DNA from: a virus
IMG/VR virus record: IMGVR_UViG_3300042691_027833
Location: 3,491-67,490 of that record
Length of the DNA stretch: 64,000 nucleotides
Reading direction: 5' to 3' (one strand)
Shown: positions 9,255-18,257 of the stretch, in pieces
Layout of the letters: each line of letters opens with the position of its first letter
Position numbering within the stretch: position 1 is the first letter of the stretch
Program-made: the position numbers and the translations under genes
Notes under the pieces: model-generated
Database searches by the model: none
What the model saw: only the letters and a program-made list of their open reading frames with translations
Told to the model about the DNA's origin: nothing

Positions 9255-9927
9255 ACAAGCAAATCCAGAAAACGAACTATTATATAGTATACATAACTAT
9301 GATGTAGATCCGCTTAATAGAGAAATTTATTTACATTCATATATCGATGGACCAGAAGAAGGTGGTGTGGACTATAGATCTGGTATTACACTAGAAAAAA
9401 ATCTAAGATATCTTAATTTATTGTCTCTAGAACCAATCATTATACATATGCATCTACCTGGTGGAGATTGGCAAGATTGTTTGGGTATGTATGACTCAAT
9501 TAAGGCATCTAAAGCTAAAACTATTATATTGGCTTATGCAAAAGCGGAGTCCTCTAGTAGTGTTGTTCTACAGTCTGCCGATCTAAGAATTCTCATGCCC
9601 AATACTAATGTAATGATCCATTATGGTTCGTTCACGTTGGATGGCGAACACAGTAAGGCCGCTGCAAGTAGCATACAATGGAACGAAAGAGAGTGCGATA
9701 AGATGGTGGATATATTCACTGATAGGTGTATGAATAGTAGTATATGTCAAGAAAAAAATTGGAAAAAAATGATGGCTAAAAAACATATTGTGTCTCAGCT
9801 ATCAAATAAATGCGATTGGATATTAACGGCTCAAGAAGCTGTTGATTATGGTTTTGCTGATGGTATACTTGGCACAAAAAAATTTCCTAACATAGATTTT
9901 CTCAAAACTTATATCAAAAGGAAATAA
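9247..9927 (+). CDS. clpP: ClpP-like protease subunit
   Basis: REIYL, PGG, MYDSI, AESSSS (catalytic Ser position), MPNTNVMIH (His), DWILTAQEAVDYGFAD (Asp). Confidence 0.85.
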   Translation: MTKQANPENELLYSIHNYDVDPLNREIYLHSYIDGPEEGGVDYRSGITLEKNLRYLNLLSLEPIIIHMHLPGGDWQDCLGMYDSIKASKAKTIILAYAKAESSSSVVLQSADLRILMPNTNVMIHYGSFTLDGEHSKAAASSIQWNERECDKMVDIFTDRCMNSSICQEKNWKKMMAKKHIVSQLSNKCDWILTAQEAVDYGFADGILGTKKFPNIDFLKTYIKRK

Positions 9928-10574
9928 TGTATACTCAATATGCTATATATAATCAATCACTATCCGATGAAGAAATCAAAAGCGAAATTGATTTTTTAAT
10001 AAAATACGGTATTAGTGAAATTTCTGTATTCGGTAATCATATACCTATTGTTAAGACTATAGAAAATGTCAACAATACTAAATTTTCTACAGTGTTAGAT
10101 TTTCCATATGGATCATCTGACACCAAAAGTCGTAATTGTCTAGTTGGCAATACTGTGAAGAGTGGTGTCTCTATTATATATTTGCCAATACAATCTAGAT
10201 TCGTAGTCAATAGAAGATATGATAAAATTAGAGAAGATATTAAAACCAATAAACAAATATGCGATGATTCTAATGTCGAACTAAGATACTGTCTAGAATA
10301 TAGAGTATTTAATCATGAAATTTTAGCTAAAATTTGCCAAATACTTAAAACCATGGACATAGGCGTAATTGCTCCGTCTAGCGGTATGATGATTGATGAT
10401 ATTGCTGATAATTTAATCGCTTGTGAGTATTTGAATAAAAAGTCGGGCATCTCTTGTATTTGTACCGGAAATCTATGGAAAAGTGATCAAATGTCTAGTG
10501 TAGTTAAAAGCGGAGTACACGGAATTAGATTTAATAACAAATTCTCACTAGACCTGTATAATAAGTATATCTAA
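9927..10574 (+). CDS. DeoC (deoxyribose-phosphate aldolase)-like protein, catalytic lysines absent
   Basis: TVLDFPYGSS and LRYCLE match DeoC; the KTSTG motif is replaced by APSSG. Confidence 0.65.
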   Translation: MYTQYAIYNQSLSDEEIKSEIDFLIKYGISEISVFGNHIPIVKTIENVNNTKFSTVLDFPYGSSDTKSRNCLVGNTVKSGVSIIYLPIQSRFVVNRRYDKIREDIKTNKQICDDSNVELRYCLEYRVFNHEILAKICQILKTMDIGVIAPSSGMMIDDIADNLIACEYLNKKSGISCICTGNLWKSDQMSSVVKSGVHGIRFNNKFSLDLYNKYI

Positions 10575-10584
10575 TCAATATTTT

Positions 10585-10595
10585 GGTGTATCCTA
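10585..10595 (+). promoter_or_regulatory. Putative phage-specific promoter motif GGTGTATnnTA
   Basis: Intergenic, about 60 nt upstream of gene 10648. Confidence 0.5.
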
Positions 10596-10647
10596 TACTG
10601 AATGAAATATTTCTTCAATCACTCATAAAAATAATCTGGAGATAACA

Positions 10648-11142
10648 ATGTCAACACACTCTGCTATTAATGGCCAACCAGTTAAAAACAATAGTGGATC
10701 AGCAATCAATATAGGATCTGCCTCTAGTCTTTTAGTCGGCAAAAGTCTAAGTGACGCTGCCACATCCGTAGGGGTAATGGGTTCTGTTGTTGTTGACGGC
10801 ACAGATACAGACAAGGCTGTTAGTGCTAACGCTTTTGCTAAGAATACATCTAAGCCAGTAGCTCTAAGACTAGATGCTCCTCTCAATAAAGCTTCTTCTG
10901 CTGCTCGTAGAGCCGTACATAAGATTGAAGCCTTATCTACTCGTAGAGTTGCTACAGCTATTAGAGCTGGTAACTATAACATCTACAGCGGTCAGTTCTC
11001 TGTCGCTCCAACGGTTGCTACAGACAGTTTTGGTCAGGACGATGCTGCTACTCCAACAGCACAAGTTCCAGGTGAACTAACATATAGAACCGGAGCCAAG
11101 AATCCAGTTAATGATAATTATAAAGGTACTACCGCTAACTGA
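10648..11142 (+). CDS. Probable virion structural/decoration protein
   Basis: GGAG RBS; Ala/Ser/Thr/Gly-rich; followed by a hairpin. Confidence 0.5.
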   Translation: MSTHSAINGQPVKNNSGSAINIGSASSLLVGKSLSDAATSVGVMGSVVVDGTDTDKAVSANAFAKNTSKPVALRLDAPLNKASSAARRAVHKIEALSTRRVATAIRAGNYNIYSGQFSVAPTVATDSFGQDDAATPTAQVPGELTYRTGAKNPVNDNYKGTTAN

Positions 11143-11163
11143 ACCTAATTGGGTTATCAGTTA
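11136..11163 (+). terminator. Possible terminator/processing hairpin
   Basis: Imperfect inverted repeat TAACTGA-ACCTA...TGGGT-TA-TCAGTTA over the stop codon; no clear U tract. Confidence 0.3.
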
Positions 11164-11201
11164 ATGCTAGTGCAGTCATGTCATAAAGGAGACATAAGGT
11201 T

Positions 11202-11519
11202 ATGACTGATACTATTATTCATTTCTGGGAAAATCTCGCCACAACTGCTATTGGCATTATAGTCACAATGCTAGGGTTTTGGGTAACTATCGGAAGAAAT
11301 ATGGCCACCAAAGCAGAGGTGCTTCATATGATAGAAACCCAAAGCCCTTATGTGCATGATAGACAATTTATTATGGAAAGACTAAACAGCAATAAGGAAA
11401 CACAGGCTGCATTCGCTTCTGCTCTACAAAGAAATACAGAAGTTATGAATGAGCTTAAGGTTCAAATTGCTATGTTGGGCAAAACCCTCGAAGCCCTAGA
11501 AGATAGAATAGAAAAATAA
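11202..11519 (+). CDS. Single-TM coiled-coil membrane protein
   Basis: N-terminal TM helix, C-terminal heptads; AAGGAG RBS. Confidence 0.6.
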   Translation: MTDTIIHFWENLATTAIGIIVTMLGFWVTIGRNMATKAEVLHMIETQSPYVHDRQFIMERLNSNKETQAAFASALQRNTEVMNELKVQIAMLGKTLEALEDRIEK

Positions 11520-11522
11520 TGT

Positions 11523-13766
11523 ATGTCTTTAGAAATATTATTCTATGCGAGAAGCGGGCTCCCTATACAAAATGGATCATCGATAGTCGTTAATTATGGC
11601 GGCAAAGACAAAGCATCATACATAAGTCAAAAAAGTGTTGCTTTAGATATTAATAGTGTTAATGCTAAATATACCGGTAGATTTGATAATGAAGTTCTGT
11701 ATGAGTTTTTAGAAGCTGATGAGCAACCAGCTATCGGGAATACAAGTAGTTATAGTCCTCAATACTGGATTCCTTCTTTAGATGAATGGTATAAAGCAGC
11801 TTTTTATAAGGGAGACGGTGCTAATTCTGGCTATTGGATATACGCTACACAAAGTGATACAGCACCAATTCCAGTACAAGCATCATTAACTGGAGACGGA
11901 CTAGCAAACGGATCTGGCAACTATGCCAATTATGCTGGTGGCGCTAGTTGGAATGTTCCTTCTGGTAGTGGTAATGTAACCACTGTAGGAACCAACGGAG
12001 GTCCTAGTTTTTATGGAACCTATGATCAGAATGGCAATGTTTGGGAATGGAATGACTCTATATCTGATAATTTAAGAGGTATCGCTGGAGGAGATTGGTT
12101 TTGTAACGAATTTAGATTATCTACAGATGGCACAACAACACTAAATTCCGATGGAAGCGTAAGACAAAGTATTGTTACATATCACGGCAACCCAGCTTCT
12201 ACAAGTTCAAAAATCGGTTTTAGAATCGCAACTTTCTCTAATCCTCTGAATCTGAATGATTTTGTTTTAGTGGATGATGCAAATAATTTAGCAGATGATA
12301 ATAGTCTTGGTTCTATTTCGTATGATTATCAAATAAGCCGTTATGAAATTACAAATAATCAATATACTGAATTTTTAAATGCTGTAGGTATGTCTGATGC
12401 GTACGGTATATATGTTGCAGAAATGGGACAGGATATTAGGGGTGGTATCTTAAGAAATGGAGTGAACGGATTCTATACTTATACAACCAAGCCCAATATG
12501 CATAGTAAACCAGTTAATTTTATGACTTGGTTTAATGCTGCTAGATATTGTAATTGGCTACATAATGGAAAACCGCAAGGGTCTCAAACAACACTAACCA
12601 CTGAGAACGGGGCTTATCCTTTATTCGGTGCAATAAGCGGTATTGTTTTAAAACAAATAGCCCCTCCTACTCCAACACCGACACAGACTCCTACTAGCAC
12701 ATTAACTCCTACGCCTACTCAATCATTAACTCCTACCGTTACTAGTACAAATACACAAACCCCAACCAGAACACCTACTCCATCAGTAACTAGTACTATA
12801 GCTAGTACTCCAACCATAACTCCGACCACAACTAACACACCAACGCCAACAGTTACTAGCACAACAACTACCACTCCTGTACCTACTAGAACCTCAACAC
12901 CAACACCTAGCACATCTTCCACGCAGATAGCGTTTACTACTAATAGTGCTAATTATGATAATTGTGCTGGTAATGTGAGTACTGTTGGCACCAACGGCAT
13001 TAGTAGTTATTATGGCGCATATGATATGAGTGGTAATGTGTGGGAATGGACCGACACAACTATTGCCTCAACTAATAAAGTTTTAAGAGGCGGTAATTTA
13101 GCATATAATGCATCCTATTTATCGTCTACTTTTCAAACATATGCAGATATTAATTCACGTAGTGGATTTACTGGCTTTAGAATAGGTTCCTACTCCTTGT
13201 CTTCAACATATCCTAACATGGCTTTAGTATCAGATGTTAATAATATAGCAAACAACAATGGATTTGGCAGCGTTCCATATCTATATTATGTCGGTATATA
13301 TGAGATTACGAATGATGAGTATGTTGAATTTTTAAATGCAGTAGCTCAAACTGATACATATTTTTTATATGTTAATAATATGTCGTTAGATACATTAGGA
13401 GGTATTAGTCGCAGTGGTTCATCTGGAAGCTACTTATACAGTGTCAAAACCAATAAGAATAGAAAACCTGTCAATTTTGTTAATTGGTTAAATTGTGCCA
13501 GATATTGTAATTGGCTACACAACGGAAAGCCTACAGGAGTATCTTCTGTTGGATCTACTGAAAGTGGTGCTTACGACATGACCCAAACTAATATTATAAG
13601 ACAAAATAATGCAACATTTTTTATGTTGTCTGAAAATGAATGGTATAAAGCAGCTTATTATAAAGGAGGAGGTCTTAATGCTGGATACTGGCTCTACGCC
13701 ACTCAAAGTGATACGGCTCCGACCTGTGTACAATTAACACCTACGGGAGACGGTATTCCAGTATAA
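11523..13766 (+). CDS. Tandem FGE-sulfatase/C-type-lectin-fold protein with Thr/Pro linker (putative adhesin/decoration protein)
   Basis: Two sets of YEITN..Y.EFLN, KPVNF..W, EWYKAA, GNVWEW, RG/GG and GFR motifs, both in permuted order. Confidence 0.85.
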   Translation: MSLEILFYARSGLPIQNGSSIVVNYGGKDKASYISQKSVALDINSVNAKYTGRFDNEVLYEFLEADEQPAIGNTSSYSPQYWIPSLDEWYKAAFYKGDGANSGYWIYATQSDTAPIPVQASLTGDGLANGSGNYANYAGGASWNVPSGSGNVTTVGTNGGPSFYGTYDQNGNVWEWNDSISDNLRGIAGGDWFCNEFRLSTDGTTTLNSDGSVRQSIVTYHGNPASTSSKIGFRIATFSNPLNLNDFVLVDDANNLADDNSLGSISYDYQISRYEITNNQYTEFLNAVGMSDAYGIYVAEMGQDIRGGILRNGVNGFYTYTTKPNMHSKPVNFMTWFNAARYCNWLHNGKPQGSQTTLTTENGAYPLFGAISGIVLKQIAPPTPTPTQTPTSTLTPTPTQSLTPTVTSTNTQTPTRTPTPSVTSTIASTPTITPTTTNTPTPTVTSTTTTTPVPTRTSTPTPSTSSTQIAFTTNSANYDNCAGNVSTVGTNGISSYYGAYDMSGNVWEWTDTTIASTNKVLRGGNLAYNASYLSSTFQTYADINSRSGFTGFRIGSYSLSSTYPNMALVSDVNNIANNNGFGSVPYLYYVGIYEITNDEYVEFLNAVAQTDTYFLYVNNMSLDTLGGISRSGSSGSYLYSVKTNKNRKPVNFVNWLNCARYCNWLHNGKPTGVSSVGSTESGAYDMTQTNIIRQNNATFFMLSENEWYKAAYYKGGGLNAGYWLYATQSDTAPTCVQLTPTGDGIPV
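12660..12925 (+). repeat. Thr/Pro low-complexity (mucin-like) linker
   Basis: PTPTPTQTPTST... repeats. Confidence 0.9.
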
Positions 13767-13768
13767 AT

Positions 13769-14008
13769 ATGACAAACTTTACTCTTCAGCAAACCTTAAA
13801 TGTATATGATTATATAGTGCAACTCTATTCAATCGACAATATTGTTATAGATAGTTCCAGCCTAGATACTGCTTTATTGGGACTGAATGACACTAGTATG
13901 CCAAATGATATTGTTAATGTACTAACAAATATAGCCGGTGTATATAAAATACGTATTCTAGACTTAGACAATAATTTACTACTAAATAGTGAAAAATACC
14001 TACCATAA
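13769..14008 (+). CDS. Hypothetical protein
   Basis: Packed ORF. Confidence 0.55.
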   Translation: MTNFTLQQTLNVYDYIVQLYSIDNIVIDSSSLDTALLGLNDTSMPNDIVNVLTNIAGVYKIRILDLDNNLLLNSEKYLP

Positions 14009-14023
14009 TAATTGGAGATAAAC

Positions 14024-14245
14024 ATGCCAAGACCCTTTACAGATATTACAACAGCCAAATCTAGTGAGCCGCTTAAAAATGGCTCCGCTGTTTTCTCTAC
14101 TACAAACACAGGTTCAGTTTCGATCAATAATCTTTTTGTTACAAATACTCCTACTATTTCCGATATTCAATCAAAATACGGCAATAGATATTATAATGGA
14201 ATATTAGTACAAATTTCTAGTGGTCAGACACTTATAGGGGGATAA
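14024..14245 (+). CDS. Small virion-associated protein resembling the N-terminus of 11523
   Basis: GGAG RBS; PLKNGS...SKYGNRYYN motif. Confidence 0.55.
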   Translation: MPRPFTDITTAKSSEPLKNGSAVFSTTNTGSVSINNLFVTNTPTISDIQSKYGNRYYNGILVQISSGQTLIGG

Positions 14246-14246
14246 T

Positions 14247-14483
14247 ATGACTATTAAAAGAATTAATGAACTACCAGAAGGTAGTGGCACCCTTAGTTCA
14301 GACGATATTCTTTTATATATGGATGATCCGTCTGGCACAGCAGCAACCAAGAAAATTGCTGTATCTCAATTATTTGGTAGTGTTGTGACTAGTTCTAGCA
14401 TCAAATATATTGTTGCTCTAACACAGGCAGAATACGATGCATTGGTTTCTAAAAACGCTGAAACTCTGTATGTGATTACATAA
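14247..14483 (+). CDS. Small tail-fibre/receptor-binding adaptor-like protein
   Basis: KRINELP N-terminus and LTQAEYDAL...TLYVIT C-terminal motif, common in phage fibre proteins. Confidence 0.6.
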   Translation: MTIKRINELPEGSGTLSSDDILLYMDDPSGTAATKKIAVSQLFGSVVTSSSIKYIVALTQAEYDALVSKNAETLYVIT

Positions 14484-14485
14484 TT

Positions 14486-16600
14486 ATGTTATTTAAATTT
14501 GCCAACTCTCATACTAATCTGGCCTATGGAAGCTCATCTGTAAAAGCTGTTATTAATAATAATAGAGCTTTATGGTCAAAACCTGGATTTGCTTGGAATA
14601 CTTATGATTCTGGAGGTGTATTTTTTGACATTATGAGAGGGATAGTTTATGGCGACAATCAGTTTGTCGCAGTCTCAACCGTTTTGAATAATGAGTCTCT
14701 AATAAATAGGTGTGGGGTTTCGCCAGACGGAATTATTTGGTCTTGGCATGATGCTGCGGCGGCTTCTTCTTGGGAAGATGTTGCTTATGGTAAAGGAATA
14801 TATGTCTCGGTAGCATCATCATCTTCTTCCGTTGGTCTACCCAGATCTATGTATTCTTATGATGGAAAAATATGGAGATCTTCTAATATTAGTACTACTG
14901 GTGTTTGGAGATCTGTTATCTATGCGAACAATCAGTTTTTAGCGGCGGGTATTAGTGCATTCAGCGTTTCTTCTGATGGGATCTCTTGGAACACTCCTAC
15001 TAATATTACTTTTGGCGCTAGATCAGTAGCATATGGAAATGGTATATATGTTGCAGTATCAAATAGCGGAACCAACAGGATAGCCACCTCTACCAATGGA
15101 ACAACATGGACTACCAGATTAGCACCAGCAGCAAATGCTTGGTATGGAGTAGTCTTTCATAACGGGCTATTTATAGCTTGTGCAACTTCCGGAACACAAA
15201 GAATAATGACATCTCCAGACGGAATAAATTGGACGCTTAGAAACAATTCCACAGGAGGTTTTTATATTGCGGCTGGCGACGGATGTGTTGTTTGTAGCGG
15301 GGGTTCTGTTTCTACGGACGGAATAAACTGGTCCAATCAAATACTTATTCCCTCTATGAATATTTGGAGAATAGCATACGGTGATGGGATTTTTTTAGCT
15401 GCTTTATTTGATAATACTTATTCTAGTTCAACAAGACATTTTGCCGTAAGTGGCCAACCAAAAAAGAATACAGATTTCTATTTAGATATATCAGAAAGAC
15501 CAAGAATAACGCAATCTACTTCTACACAAAATATTACGTCTGGTGACTCTAACATAGTTAGGACCACATCTCCGACCACAGTATCGGATTATCTTATACA
15601 GCCCAGAAGTTTGGTTGGTAAAATACAGCCAATTTCTCTATCTATTTCTAATACTTCTATATTGTCAACTCCCAACATTTCCGGAATCGCAACGTATCTA
15701 TCCGCCGGAACAATAAATGTTAGCGGCGTCTCCCCTAATGGACAGTCCGTTACTAGAATTATAAAAACAGCATCGATCCAGTCTGCTTCAAGAGATCAGT
15801 TTGTTTCCTATCGTTCTGGTTCTTTAGGAGAGTCAATAGTAAATGCTGTTAACAATGCTATTAGTCCCGTTAAGACTAAAACACTATTTTCTACTAAAAA
15901 TCATACAACGTCATTATATATTCGAGACACTAATGTTTGGACATATAATATTATTGACTTGACGAGTGTTTCAGTATGGAATTCTGTTAATGGATCGGCT
16001 AGGTGCGGCACTCTAATTTCTCCTAGACATATAATTTATGCGGCGCACTATCCCCTGACTATTGGATCCAGTCTAAGATTCGTAGACAACAATAATAATG
16101 TTATCACCAGACAGATCACAAATAAACTCACGGCACCAAATAATAAAAATTATTATCCAGATTATGAGATTGGAATTCTTGATTCAGATGTTCCTAATAG
16201 CATTACACCGGCCAAATTTCTACCTGACAACTGGACTACGAAACTCACTTCAATAATCTCTGAATTATCTTTAGTGCCAACTATATATACTAATCAAAAT
16301 GAAGAGGTTTTCACCTCTGATTGGGTTAAAGACGATGGTATGATTAGGTGTTCGGCACCAACCGTCCAATCTAGGTTAGATTTTTTTTCTATGTTAATAG
16401 CAGGCGACTCGGGACATCCGTGTTTTATTATGGTTCCAGGTTCTAATGCGCCCGTAATATTAACAGTATGGACTTATGGAATATCCGGATCTGGTACGTC
16501 TTTATTTAGACATAAAACTAATATTAATAGCCTTATGACGTCATTAGGCGGTGGATATCAGCTGACAGAAGTAGATTTATCGGCTTTCCCATCATACTAA
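14486..16600 (+). CDS. Beta-propeller repeat protein with C-terminal trypsin-like serine protease
   Basis: Repeats of YGNG.YVAV...S.DG..W; protease triad in GTLISPRHIIYAAH, PDYEIG, GDSG. Confidence 0.8.
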   Translation: MLFKFANSHTNLAYGSSSVKAVINNNRALWSKPGFAWNTYDSGGVFFDIMRGIVYGDNQFVAVSTVLNNESLINRCGVSPDGIIWSWHDAAAASSWEDVAYGKGIYVSVASSSSSVGLPRSMYSYDGKIWRSSNISTTGVWRSVIYANNQFLAAGISAFSVSSDGISWNTPTNITFGARSVAYGNGIYVAVSNSGTNRIATSTNGTTWTTRLAPAANAWYGVVFHNGLFIACATSGTQRIMTSPDGINWTLRNNSTGGFYIAAGDGCVVCSGGSVSTDGINWSNQILIPSMNIWRIAYGDGIFLAALFDNTYSSSTRHFAVSGQPKKNTDFYLDISERPRITQSTSTQNITSGDSNIVRTTSPTTVSDYLIQPRSLVGKIQPISLSISNTSILSTPNISGIATYLSAGTINVSGVSPNGQSVTRIIKTASIQSASRDQFVSYRSGSLGESIVNAVNNAISPVKTKTLFSTKNHTTSLYIRDTNVWTYNIIDLTSVSVWNSVNGSARCGTLISPRHIIYAAHYPLTIGSSLRFVDNNNNVITRQITNKLTAPNNKNYYPDYEIGILDSDVPNSITPAKFLPDNWTTKLTSIISELSLVPTIYTNQNEEVFTSDWVKDDGMIRCSAPTVQSRLDFFSMLIAGDSGHPCFIMVPGSNAPVILTVWTYGISGSGTSLFRHKTNINSLMTSLGGGYQLTEVDLSAFPSY

Positions 16601-16639
16601 TAATTAGTGATTATCTGTAAAAATGGAATATTTGCATTT

Positions 16640-16650
16640 GGTGTATAGTA
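16640..16650 (+). promoter_or_regulatory. Putative phage-specific promoter motif GGTGTATnnTA
   Basis: Intergenic, 50 nt upstream of 16690; followed by TATAAT. Confidence 0.5.
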
Positions 16651-16689
16651 TATAATACTATATTAGTTATTCTTGCGAAGGGATAATTC

Positions 16690-17013
16690 ATGATTAAACC
16701 CGGATATCGTACTAGTGAATTTTGGTTTACATTGGTCAGTTTTCTTTTTAGCGGCCTGTATTTACTAGGTCTAATAGGAGATAATAGCCAAAAAGAAGAC
16801 TTAATACGAGACGTAAGTCATGGAGTTGAAAGCATTATTTTAATCGGTGGCCAGCTGGCTATTTTGTACAAATATATTAATAGTAGGAAAGAGATCAAAA
16901 AAACTTGGAAAGAAAAAGAAGAACCTGTTGCTACAACCCCAAAAAAGAGAGAACCTAAAAATGCTAACAAGCCAAGATCTAATAAGAGCAGAAGTAGAAA
17001 AACTAATTCTTAG
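16690..17013 (+). CDS. Holin-like membrane protein
   Basis: KPGYRTSEFW start, two hydrophobic segments, very basic C-terminal tail. Confidence 0.55.
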   Translation: MIKPGYRTSEFWFTLVSFLFSGLYLLGLIGDNSQKEDLIRDVSHGVESIILIGGQLAILYKYINSRKEIKKTWKEKEEPVATTPKKREPKNANKPRSNKSRSRKTNS

Positions 17014-17365
17014 TAGTAAGAATAGTTTGAGTAGTGTCAAGGCTATTGCTGTTGCAGAAGCTTGGAAAGTTTTACAACTAGCCACCGCCTCTGTAATTCA
17101 AATTATAGAAGCCATAGGTAACGATCTAAGCGGACCAGATAAAAAAGCATTAGCTATGGATCTACTAAATAAGTTTTATGATTCGGTATTTGTTGTGGTA
17201 GATATTCCTGTGGTTCCAAATGTTTTAGAGCCAGTACTCCACAAATATATCAAAGCTTTTTTAATGATACTAGTAGGCGCAACTATAGACGCTTTGGTTA
17301 CGACATTTAGGAATACTGGTGTTTTCCTAAAAAAGTCTCAACAACCATCACCAGCAACCACATGA
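16961..17365 (+). CDS. Hypothetical protein
   Basis: ATG 16961 overlaps the 3' end of the previous gene. Confidence 0.6.
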   Translation: MLTSQDLIRAEVEKLILSSKNSLSSVKAIAVAEAWKVLQLATASVIQIIEAIGNDLSGPDKKALAMDLLNKFYDSVFVVVDIPVVPNVLEPVLHKYIKAFLMILVGATIDALVTTFRNTGVFLKKSQQPSPATT

Positions 17366-17390
17366 TTATAAAAGAAAGAGGATAAATATT

Positions 17391-17777
17391 ATGAACTTTA
17401 ATTTTACACAAAGTTTTGAAGAGTTAGCAGCAAAAACAGGACCAATGGATCTAGCACTATATGCTGGTGTAGCTTTGGTTCTATGGATTTTGTTTAAAGA
17501 TAATCTTACTCCAGTTTTATCTCCTCTTTTTAGTGGTGTTAAAGACCTACTAAACAAGAAGGGGTCTGTAGGACTACCCAAGGTTGATCCTGTGGTACTA
17601 CCAAAAGTTGTTGCGGCGGCAGATACAGATGAAATCTTTTTTAAACTCATCGTATCATGGAAGCAAACTAGAGACTTGGCCGAAAAAAGCGGATGTGTAG
17701 AAGCTATTAAGGTAGCTGATCAAATGTTTCCATATCTTAGTCCCACAGTATGTGGCAAAAAAGAGGTTGTTCAATGA
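17391..17777 (+). CDS. Membrane protein
   Basis: One TM helix; GAGG RBS. Confidence 0.6.
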   Translation: MNFNFTQSFEELAAKTGPMDLALYAGVALVLWILFKDNLTPVLSPLFSGVKDLLNKKGSVGLPKVDPVVLPKVVAAADTDEIFFKLIVSWKQTRDLAEKSGCVEAIKVADQMFPYLSPTVCGKKEVVQ

Positions 17778-18253
17778 ATAAAAATAATGGTGTTTTATGG
17801 TTGGTTGCTGCTGTACTAATAGGTGTTGGGTTTTTTCAACCCTCTATATCATCTGTTATTTTTAAGCCCGCAGCCACCATTGCTACGCCGTCAGATGATC
17901 TACAAACACGATGCGCAAAGCTTACGGACATAGTACGATCTGCTAAAAATCCAGAAAAACAAACAGATATGAAAAAACTTGTAGGTTTGTATCTAGATTT
18001 AGCAAAACTCATTTCTATTGACGACGAAGACACTGTTATTAAAAACACAGAAGAAATTAGAGAAGCTAATAGATTAAGTGGCAGGATGTCAGATTTGAAT
18101 ATTAAAAATAAATACGAGGATCTTGGTCCAGAACTCAATTCTATTGTATTAGCCTATATTGGTGAAGATAATGTGGTACTTTCTCCAGAATTACGTCAAA
18201 AAGGAGTAGACGTATTTAGAGCATTGGCCTGGGCCATTAATCAAGGTTTATAA
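17774..18253 (+). CDS. Signal-anchor/exported protein
   Basis: N-terminal hydrophobic segment; ATGA overlap. Confidence 0.6.
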   Translation: MNKNNGVLWLVAAVLIGVGFFQPSISSVIFKPAATIATPSDDLQTRCAKLTDIVRSAKNPEKQTDMKKLVGLYLDLAKLISIDDEDTVIKNTEEIREANRLSGRMSDLNIKNKYEDLGPELNSIVLAYIGEDNVVLSPELRQKGVDVFRALAWAINQGL

Positions 18254-18257
18254 ATCT

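Noticed and set aside
11523-13766. Diversity-generating retroelement target/template pair
   Set aside because: In the best-matching stretch inspected, the two lectin copies differ by ordinary synonymous changes rather than adenine-specific ones; no template repeat or reverse transcriptase is seen in the window.
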